From assembly GCA_041656115.1 (NCBI GenBank), contig JBBAED010000002.1, positions 82,403 to 146,402 of the forward strand: a stretch of DNA of 64,000 bases, in the 5' to 3' direction. Below are positions 39,784 through 46,962 of the stretch, piece after piece. A program made the translations under genes and the position numbers. A model generated the notes under the pieces. That model made no database searches, was not told the origin of the DNA, and saw only the letters and a program-made list of their open reading frames with translations. Within the stretch, counting starts at the first letter, position 1, and every line of letters starts with the position of its first letter. Origin of the DNA: Dehalococcoidales bacterium (GTDB lineage Bacteria > Chloroflexota > Dehalococcoidia > Dehalococcoidales > UBA5627).

Positions 39784-41532
39784 TTAAGCCCTTACAGCGG
39801 CTTCGTCCACAGCCGTATTCAAAAAATCTTCAAACGGGATGCCGTTTTTCTGTTCGCCGTTTCTGAAACGCACCGAAACAGTACCGTTATCCGCCTCTTT
39901 ATCCCCGATAATCAGCATATACGGAATCTTTTGGGCCTGCGCCTGTCTGATTTTATTGTTCACAGTCCCCTGCTGATAATCGACTTCCACTCTTAAATCT
40001 TTAGCCTTTAACTCACTTGCCAGTTTTTGGGCATAGTCGTTATGTCGATCCGCAATCGGCAATATCGCAACCTGAACGGGGGAAAGCCAAACAGGGAATG
40101 CCCCGCCGTAATGTTCAATCAGGCAGGCCATAAAGCGTTCCATACTGCCAAGCACAGTGCGATGCACCATGGCAACCATATGTTCTTTACCGTCTTCGCC
40201 GATGTAATGCATATCGAAACGCTGGGGGTTATTAAAATCGACCTGAATTGTCGGACCCTGCCAGCTTCTGCCGACTGCATCTTCAAATTTTATATCGATT
40301 TTCGGCCCGTAAAAAGCGCCTTCCCCTTGGTCAACGCTGTAATCCACATTCCTTCTTTGGAGGGCATTAACAAGAATAGTTTCCGCTTCTTCCCAGATTT
40401 TAAGCTCACCGGCATACTTTTCCGGCCTGGTGGAAAGGATTATCTTGTAATTCGCAAACCCGAATGAGTCCATCATGAAAGTTGCCAAATCAAGCACATC
40501 CACGACTTCGTCTTCTAATTGATCAAATCGGCAAAATATATGGGCGTCGTCTTGGGTAAAACCCCTTACACGGGATAGCCCATGCAGTACGCCTGAGCGC
40601 TCATAACGGTAAACCGTGCCAAGTTCGGCCCAGCGCAGGGGTAATTCACGGTAACTTCTTAATTTACTGTTATAAATCAAAATGTGATAAAGACAGTTCA
40701 TCGGCTTAATCACATATTCTTCTTCGTCTATTTCCATCGGGCTGTACATATTTTCTCTGTAAAACTCCCAATGCCCGCTGGTTTTCCAAAGGTCTACCTT
40801 GGCAATGTGAGGCGTGTAGAGAATATCGTAACCGCGCTTTTTGTGTTCCGCTTTCCAAAAATCTTCGATTATACTGCGTATCAGGGCGCCTTTGGGGTGC
40901 CAACAAACAAGCCCGGGCCCCGATTCTTCATGCACACTAAAAAGATCCAATTCCTTGCCCAGCTTTCTGTGATCCCTTTTTGCGGCTTCTTCCATCTTTT
41001 TCAGATAGTCGTCGAGTTCGGTTTGGGAGTTAAAAGCCAAGCCGTAAATTCGCTGGAGCATTTTGTTCTTTTCATCTCCGCGCCAATAGGCGCCGGCAAT
41101 GCTTGAGAGTTTAAAGGCCTTAATTTTACCGGTGGAATCAACATGAGGGCCTCGGCATAAATCAACAAAATCACCCTGACGATAAATACTGACCTTTTCG
41201 TCTTCTATCCCGTCAATAAGCTCGATTTTATAGGGCTGGTACTGAAAGATGTTACGGGCTTCGTCTTTTGTTATTTCATCATGCCTAAAGGGCAAGTCCT
41301 GAGCGATAACCTCATTCATTTTATCGGTTATAATCGATAAATCATCCGGGGTTAAATGTCGCGGCAGTTCAAAATCGTAATAAAAACCGTTTTCAATAGC
41401 GGGCCCGATCGCAAATTTCGCACCGGGGAAGATTGATAAAACCGCCTCGGCCATAATATGCGCCGCCGAGTGGCGCACCTTTTCAACCTCGTTATTTATG
41501 TCTTTCTCTTCTGCATCAATTTTATTATTCAT
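39784..41532 (-). CDS. thrS: Threonyl-tRNA synthetase (short form without the N-terminal TGS domain)
   Basis: 582 aa. Starts in the editing/second additional domain (HSAAHIMAEAV...). Class II motifs (FRYERSGVLHGLSRVRGFTQDDAH; GAFYGPKID). HGSMERF-like LGSMERFMACLIEH. C-terminal anticodon-binding domain. Confidence 0.95.
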   Translation of the reverse strand: MNNKIDAEEKDINNEVEKVRHSAAHIMAEAVLSIFPGAKFAIGPAIENGFYYDFELPRHLTPDDLSIITDKMNEVIAQDLPFRHDEITKDEARNIFQYQPYKIELIDGIEDEKVSIYRQGDFVDLCRGPHVDSTGKIKAFKLSSIAGAYWRGDEKNKMLQRIYGLAFNSQTELDDYLKKMEEAAKRDHRKLGKELDLFSVHEESGPGLVCWHPKGALIRSIIEDFWKAEHKKRGYDILYTPHIAKVDLWKTSGHWEFYRENMYSPMEIDEEEYVIKPMNCLYHILIYNSKLRSYRELPLRWAELGTVYRYERSGVLHGLSRVRGFTQDDAHIFCRFDQLEDEVVDVLDLATFMMDSFGFANYKIILSTRPEKYAGELKIWEEAETILVNALQRRNVDYSVDQGEGAFYGPKIDIKFEDAVGRSWQGPTIQVDFNNPQRFDMHYIGEDGKEHMVAMVHRTVLGSMERFMACLIEHYGGAFPVWLSPVQVAILPIADRHNDYAQKLASELKAKDLRVEVDYQQGTVNNKIRQAQAQKIPYMLIIGDKEADNGTVSVRFRNGEQKNGIPFEDFLNTAVDEAAVRA

Positions 41533-41570
41533 AATATTTCAACCGTATAACCTTAAAATAACCGTTAAAT

Positions 41571-41609
41571 AAAAACCCCTCACTCATATGATGGAGTAGA
41601 GAGGTTTTT
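41571..41609 (-). terminator. Strong intrinsic-terminator hairpin, downstream of the Ala-rich gene and 38 nt upstream of the thrS ATG
   Basis: Minus-strand RNA: AAAAA-CCUCUCUACUC-cauCauau-GAGUGAGGGG-UUUUUAUUU. About 10 bp with one bulged U. A/U runs on both sides. Confidence 0.6.
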
Positions 41610-41627
41610 AATCTTTCATAGACTGTT

Positions 41628-41656
41628 ATTATAACAGCCGCCAGCTATAAAATCAA
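41628..41656 (-). promoter_or_regulatory. Candidate sigma70-type promoter reading into the hairpin and thrS
   Basis: Minus strand: TTGATT (41656-41651), a 17-nt spacer, then TATAAT (41633-41628). Sequence match only. Confidence 0.35.
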
Positions 41657-41710
41657 TTCTACCACGATTAAAGATAGCTGATTCCGTTCAATTTAAGATT
41701 AATCTTATTT

Positions 41711-43501
41711 TTATAACCCGGCGGTTAGCGCCACGGCAAGGAAAACAGAGCCGAATACAATCGCCAAAATAATAACAACCATATACAACACAAATTCCGA
41801 CTGTGTCAGTTTTTTGACTATCTTTTTTAAGAGTGCTTCCTCTGCTTTAGCCAATGCCTCATCAGCCGCTTTTTGAGCAGCCATGGCAATTTCTTCCGCC
41901 CGTGCCACTGCTTCTTTGGCGGTTTTATCCGACTCCTCAATTTTTATTCTTGCGATTTCGGCGGCTTTGGTAGTAGCCGTCTGCGAAGCCCTTTGCGCCT
42001 CTTCGGCCTTAGCAAAAGCCTGCGCTACGGCTGAGGATACGGCTGCAGCCAAAGCTTTGTCAGACTCGATATCGGCTTGTTCCGCCTTTACGGCGATATC
42101 GCCCGCTAATTTGGCAGCCATCGCAGCCGCTTCGGTGGCGTCTTTACCTGCCCGCGCCGTACTTTCCGCCGATTCTCCCGAAACATTGGCTGATGCTTCC
42201 GTTGCCTCTCTTCCGGCAATCGCGGCAAGTTCCCCTTTTCTGGCTACTTCTTGGGCCAAACGAGCCGCGCTAAGTGCGGCTTTCTTGGCTTCTCTGCCCG
42301 CTTCATCGGCTTTTTTGGCTGTTTCAATCGTGCTTTCTTTTTCAGCCTTTTCGGCCGCTTGTTTGGCAAGCGCTAATTTTTCATCCGCAATTTTCGATGC
42401 TATTTCAGCTTCTCCGATAGAACTTAAAACAGCGTCTTTGGCAATAATTGCCGCCTCTTTGGCTCTGCCGGCAACCTGTTCGGCAAGCGCGTTGATTGCC
42501 GCCGCTAAAGCCGTATCTCCCGCGGAATCGGCGTATTCGGCATTTTGGTTGGTTTCATCAACTATCGCCAGCGCCTTAGCGGCCGCCTCTTTGGCATCTT
42601 TCCCCGACTCGTCAATCCTCTCAGCCAAAACGCCTGAAATGCGGGTTGCGGCAATAATTGCGGCATCGCCTGCTATATCTGCCAGTTCACTTTTTCTGGC
42701 TGTTTCGTCCGATAACCTAAACGCAACGGCTGCCGCCTTTTTGGCTTCTCTTCCGGCATCGTCTGCCTTTCTTGCCGATTCGGCATCTTTGTTGCTGTTT
42801 GCCTCGTCAGCTGCGGTTTCGGCTCGTTTAGCCGAATTCAACGCCTGCTTTGAGGCCGCAAATGAGGCTTCGGTGGATCGCTCAAGAGCTTCTTTGGCAA
42901 GGAGTGCCGCATCTTCCGCCCGGATTGCGGCATCTTCGGCAGCCCTCATCGCCGACTGAGCGACTTCGGTAGCTGCTTGAGCAACTTCATTGGATTTAAC
43001 GGTGGCTTCCTCTGCAGCATATTGGGCGGCTCTGGCAATATCTTCCGCCCGGAGGGCAGCCTCTTCCGCTCTGGCAGCCGCCTCTTCGGCAGCTCTGCTG
43101 GCGGCATCCGCCGCTTCTTTAGCTTTTTTCTCGGCATTTTCGGCATCGCTAATCGCCGCTTGTGCGATACTCTCGGCTCTGGCAGCCGCTTCGCCTGCGG
43201 CTAAAGTTGCCTTTTGTGCAGCTGTTACCCCGGCTTTACGGGCTTCTTCCGCCCTCTTTTCCGCTTCACCGGAAGCCGTTGTAGCTAATATTGCAGCCTC
43301 ATTTGCCTTTTTGGAAGCATCTTCCGCTCGTCTGGCGGCGTCAATGGCAGCTTTAATATTAGCGTCCATTTCATCCAGAATTACCGGAAGGGGTTTGGTC
43401 AGAATTTTGGGGGCGGGGGGTAGAGCTTCAACAGGAACAGATTCTCTTTTTAAATCTTCGTTTTGTATAGGTGCCTCCTTTGATTGCATAGAATCATTCA
43501 A
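41711..43501 (-). CDS. Tail-anchored Ala/Glu/Lys-rich repetitive alpha-helical protein (hypothetical)
   Basis: 596 aa. TTG start with AAGGAG upstream. N-terminal Pro-containing segment, then about 500 aa of A/E/K/R-rich helical sequence with internal repeats of roughly 150 aa (KADDAGREAKKAAAVAFRLSDETARKSELADIAGDA... vs KADEAGREAKKAALSAARLAQEVARKGELAAIAGRE...). A single C-terminal TM helix (FVLYMVVIILAIVFGSVFLAVALTAGL) sits at the very end. Confidence 0.65.
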   Translation of the reverse strand: MNDSMQSKEAPIQNEDLKRESVPVEALPPAPKILTKPLPVILDEMDANIKAAIDAARRAEDASKKANEAAILATTASGEAEKRAEEARKAGVTAAQKATLAAGEAAARAESIAQAAISDAENAEKKAKEAADAASRAAEEAAARAEEAALRAEDIARAAQYAAEEATVKSNEVAQAATEVAQSAMRAAEDAAIRAEDAALLAKEALERSTEASFAASKQALNSAKRAETAADEANSNKDAESARKADDAGREAKKAAAVAFRLSDETARKSELADIAGDAAIIAATRISGVLAERIDESGKDAKEAAAKALAIVDETNQNAEYADSAGDTALAAAINALAEQVAGRAKEAAIIAKDAVLSSIGEAEIASKIADEKLALAKQAAEKAEKESTIETAKKADEAGREAKKAALSAARLAQEVARKGELAAIAGREATEASANVSGESAESTARAGKDATEAAAMAAKLAGDIAVKAEQADIESDKALAAAVSSAVAQAFAKAEEAQRASQTATTKAAEIARIKIEESDKTAKEAVARAEEIAMAAQKAADEALAKAEEALLKKIVKKLTQSEFVLYMVVIILAIVFGSVFLAVALTAGL

Positions 43502-43685
43502 AAAATCACAAAACTCCTTTTAGAGAGTTAAATAATTTCAAAGGATGCAAAAATGTTTTGTCAACGAGTTAATCTGCCCCACTAATAAGATTATGATAAT
43601 TAATATTGCAAGTCAATAGGTTAAGAAAGCAAAAATTATCATTTTAGTTTAAAATGGGAGAAATTTATCCCACTTGGGAGTAATT

Positions 43686-43770
43686 TGGTGGGGAAGGGGG
43701 GACTTGAACCCCCACGCCTTGCGGCACAAGATCCTAAGTCTTGCTCGTCTGCCAATTCCGACACTTCCCC
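43686..43770 (-). tRNA. tRNA-Leu (anticodon TAG), long variable arm, CCA encoded
   Basis: Reverse complement GGGGAAGTGTCGGAATTGGCAGACGAGCAAGACTTAGGATCTTGTGCCGCAAGGCGTGGGGGTTCAAGTCCCCCCTTCCCCACCA. Anticodon loop is CTTAGGA. Confidence 0.9.
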
Positions 43771-43908
43771 AAAAGAACGCCTGAGGCTTTAGCATTTTAT
43801 CACTGTAGGGGTTATTGCTCAAGCCTGTAAAGATAATTATCCGGCGTTATCAATAAGAGGGATACAATGTACCCCTCTTATCAAAAATTCTACTGTTTAA
43901 GTTTAATT

Positions 43909-45111
43909 TTAAACCGAATGGACTTCTCCGCAATGCGGGCAGCGGACACTTTTTTGATGGAACTGCGGGGGTATTCTTAATTTGGTTCCGCAAGAACAAT
44001 CAATAGTATTGTAATTATTCAGCTTCCACATTAAGCCCGATGTCTCTCTGGTTCTTTCGAGCCTATCGGGGTCGTCAACCGCAGGGGCGCGGATAGGAAC
44101 AGATTGAGATGAACCGGCCAAAGACATCGCCGATGCCGGCATAACGGATCCTTTCCCTTTGTGAACTTGTTTATAAGCCTTTTCGTAATCAACAAAGGAT
44201 GCCCCGCCCCCCATCGCACGCAAAATACGTATTCTATCCGAAATAGGCGGATGGGTACTGCTTAAGTCGTTTGCCGCCCTGCCCTTTTCGCGAAACGGAT
44301 TTACGATATACATCGGAGCGGTTGCTTTGTTGGCCGATTTTAATTGACCGGTTGAAGCCCCCAGTTTTTCAAGTGCGGACGCCAAGCCTTCGGGGTATCT
44401 GGTATACATTGCTGCTGAAGCATCGGCCAGATATTCTCTTTTTCTTGATATCGCAAAGTAGATTAACTGCGCAAAAATAGGCGCAAGAATCATTAGTAAA
44501 AGAGCCAGAATCATTATTATCCCTTGAGCGGCGCCGCCGGAGGAAGAATCGCGCCGGGAACCGCTGCCGCCCCCGAAAATCATGATGCGCGAACCGTACC
44601 ATGACAGCATCACAATTGTTCCCAAAAGGATGCTTGACATTGCCATAAGAAGAACATCCTTGTTTTTAATATGCGCTATCTCATGCGCCATAACACCTTG
44701 CAATTCATCCCTGTTAAGGTGTTGCAGCAAACCCGATGTAATCGCTACGGCGGCCTTATTGGGGTCTCTTCCCGTCGCAAAAGCGTTTAGAGAAGGGTCA
44801 TCGATGATATAGATATCAGGGGTTTTGGGCAGCCCCGATGCAATGCGCATTTCTTCAACAATGTTATAAAGGCGCGGATGGTCATCATGGCTGATTTTTT
44901 TGGCACCGGCGGAGGCCAACAGAATATTGTCGCCCTGGAAAAAACCGACCAAAGTCATTATTATCCACAGCGCAACAGCTAATATAAGGCCCGCGAGAGC
45001 GTTATCAAAAAAGTACAGCCCCAAAAAATAGCCGATTAGAAACAGCAACGCCCCCATACCAATAACCAGAACCGCAGACCTTATCCGGTTAGATCTAATT
45101 TGTTCCCACAT
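43909..45111 (-). CDS. HtpX-like M48 zinc metalloprotease with C-terminal zinc ribbon
   Basis: 400 aa. Four TM segments. HEIAHIKNKD (HExxH) and a downstream E ligand (REYLADA). C-terminal CSCGTKLRIP...CPHCGEVHSV. Confidence 0.85.
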   Translation of the reverse strand: MWEQIRSNRIRSAVLVIGMGALLFLIGYFLGLYFFDNALAGLILAVALWIIMTLVGFFQGDNILLASAGAKKISHDDHPRLYNIVEEMRIASGLPKTPDIYIIDDPSLNAFATGRDPNKAAVAITSGLLQHLNRDELQGVMAHEIAHIKNKDVLLMAMSSILLGTIVMLSWYGSRIMIFGGGSGSRRDSSSGGAAQGIIMILALLLMILAPIFAQLIYFAISRKREYLADASAAMYTRYPEGLASALEKLGASTGQLKSANKATAPMYIVNPFREKGRAANDLSSTHPPISDRIRILRAMGGGASFVDYEKAYKQVHKGKGSVMPASAMSLAGSSQSVPIRAPAVDDPDRLERTRETSGLMWKLNNYNTIDCSCGTKLRIPPQFHQKSVRCPHCGEVHSV

Positions 45112-45126
45112 ACAGTGCTTATTCCT

Positions 45127-45693
45127 TTAATTAAAACTAACTCGAGGTGCTTCCCTCTCGTTTGCGGCGGTAACTTCAAAAAATTCACCCGTTTTAAATC
45201 CGCTCATTCCGGCAACAACGTTTGATGGGAACATCTGAATCTTATTATTGTAATTCAAAACGGAATCGTTATAAAACTGGCGCGAAAAGCTGATTTTATT
45301 TTCGGTTGAAGCCAGTTCTTCTTGTAAAGCCAAGAAGTTCTGATTCGCTTTCAGATCGGGATAGTTTTCTGCAACAGCAAGCAGCCTGGTCAGTGCCGAA
45401 GTTAATTCACCTTCAGCTTTGGAACGTGCCGCAGCACCCCCGTCAGATATTTTCTGAGCCAGGTTTCTGGCACTGGTTACGGCTTCCAAAGTTTCTCTTT
45501 CGTGTTTCATATAACCTTTAACCGTCTCCATCAGGTTAGGGATAAGGTCATATCTTCTTTTTAATTGAACATCAATCTGTGCCCAAGCGTTTTTGACTTG
45601 GTTACGCAAGCGTACCAGTCCGTTATAGGTAAGTACATAAAATAATAACAATAAAACTACGATTCCCAGCAGAACCCAAAGTACAATATCCAA
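45127..45693 (-). CDS. lemA: LemA family protein
   Basis: 188 aa. N-terminal TM helix. [32 protein letters not shown]...ENYPDLKAN...[11 protein letters not shown]. Confidence 0.9.
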   Translation of the reverse strand: MDIVLWVLLGIVVLLLLFYVLTYNGLVRLRNQVKNAWAQIDVQLKRRYDLIPNLMETVKGYMKHERETLEAVTSARNLAQKISDGGAAARSKAEGELTSALTRLLAVAENYPDLKANQNFLALQEELASTENKISFSRQFYNDSVLNYNNKIQMFPSNVVAGMSGFKTGEFFEVTAANEREAPRVSFN

Positions 45694-45744
45694 AAAACAC
45701 CTCCTAATTATTCTTCTCGCTTAAGCGAGTACTATTAAACCTTT

Positions 45745-46158
45745 TTAAATACGAAAAACTTCGCCCAAAAAATCGATTACCTGTTGCCCTTCACCAAACC
45801 CTTGACGTTGTTTTTGCGAAGTATGCTTAATAAGCTGCGCAACCTCTCCTCCGTCAAACCACAACCCGTCACCCCTGGGGCATATATCGATTACTAACGT
45901 GGAATCAGGCCCAACTTTTACTTTGCCCATTGACCTTCGGCAAATCGGGCACCTGTATTTCTTTTCGCGGATTTTTTTGTCAATTTTATTGATTAAGCTC
46001 AAAAAGGATAAATCGAAATCTTGCAATCCGTATTTTTCCATTAAGAGCTCGAGCTCGTTGGTATCAAACCATACACCTTTGCATTTAACACAATAGTCTA
46101 GTTCGATTTTATCGTGTTCAACATCAATCATACTTAATTTACAAACCGGACAATTCAT
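45745..46158 (-). CDS. Double zf-TFIIB-type zinc-ribbon protein
   Basis: 137 aa. Two copies of CPxC...LDxCxxCxGxWFD (CPVCKLSM...CVKCKGVWFD; CPICRRSM...CPRGDGLWFD). Confidence 0.6.
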   Translation of the reverse strand: MNCPVCKLSMIDVEHDKIELDYCVKCKGVWFDTNELELLMEKYGLQDFDLSFLSLINKIDKKIREKKYRCPICRRSMGKVKVGPDSTLVIDICPRGDGLWFDGGEVAQLIKHTSQKQRQGFGEGQQVIDFLGEVFRI

Positions 46159-46323
46159 CGCACTCCACCCTCGTATCTAATTTTAAACGGCGGTTACAAA
46201 TGTGTCAAGATTTTTTATTGATTACTATAATAAGCTAAATAACAGCCCGACAAGCGAGGTAAAAGTTAAGAAAACGCCCTGACCGTATAGTCGGGGCATT
46301 ATAAAAAAAACTTTTTGCGGTTT

Positions 46324-46365
46324 AAAAAAGAAGCTACCGTCAAGATTACCTGGCGGTAGCTTTTA
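46324..46365 (-). terminator. Intrinsic terminator after the kinase / TPR-like operon
   Basis: Minus strand: AGCTACCG-ccaggtaatcttga-CGGTAGCT followed by TCTTTTTT. Confidence 0.55.
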
Positions 46366-46504
46366 AAACTCAAATTCGCGTGGCAGACGACATTAAACGA
46401 CAGCAGGTCGGATTGCACAAGCACCATTACCGAAAAGCACGGCTCTGTTTACGGAACGCCTGCAATTCGGCCGATTTTACGCAAAAAGAAAAAGCGATGA
46501 GTAT

Positions 46505-46921
46505 TTAGGCAGCTGCTTCTTTAGCGGCGGCAACTTTGACCCTTTGCAGGTCTACCATTTCTTGCCCAAATTCACATGTCTTACAATCATAAAGTCGGCT
46601 GCAAACCCTGCTGGAAACTTCTCCTTTGGCACTGTACATACAATACCTCTGTGAACCGGGATGGTCTTTTAAATCTTTGATTTTCGGATTGGGGACTTTC
46701 TTAGTCAGTAAACCCTTTTCTCCATCCAAAGCTTCCTGCGCTTTTCTGAGCCAAATTCTGGCGTCGATATTATCGGGAGCAACATTCAATATTGAACCAA
46801 ACTCCTTAATCCCCTCTTCGTATTTGGCATTTTCATAGTGTTCTTTGCCTAACTTCATATGTGCAGGAACGTCCTCAGGATTGATGGCAATAAAATCCAA
46901 TGTTTTCATAATTTCCCCCAT
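46505..46921 (-). CDS. Hypothetical TPR-like / Cys-containing small protein
   Basis: 138 aa. The N-terminal half has a TPR-like helix pair (HMKLGKEHYENAKYEEGIKEFGSILNVAPDNIDARIWL). The C-terminal half has four Cys (CMYS...VCSRLYDCKTCE). Starts 42 nt after the kinase stop. Confidence 0.5.
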   Translation of the reverse strand: MGEIMKTLDFIAINPEDVPAHMKLGKEHYENAKYEEGIKEFGSILNVAPDNIDARIWLRKAQEALDGEKGLLTKKVPNPKIKDLKDHPGSQRYCMYSAKGEVSSRVCSRLYDCKTCEFGQEMVDLQRVKVAAAKEAAA

Positions 46922-46962
46922 ATTATTTATATTATATTTTAACCGTTACCAAGGATAGCAGT

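Noticed and set aside
41533-41710. A T-box riboswitch upstream of thrS.
   Set aside because: The leader is only about 90-180 nt. It lacks the conserved T-box sequence and the Stem I/specifier architecture. Only a simple terminator hairpin is visible (see finding).
41883-43523. Long plus-strand ORFs (358 aa at 41883-42959, 177 aa at 42990-43523, plus shorter ones) antisense to the Ala-rich gene.
   Set aside because: They are Ala/Ser-rich mirror products of the GCN codon periodicity of the minus-strand gene. They have no RBS or promoter context. Only the minus-strand frame has a sensible architecture: RBS, N-terminal region, repeats and a terminal TM anchor.
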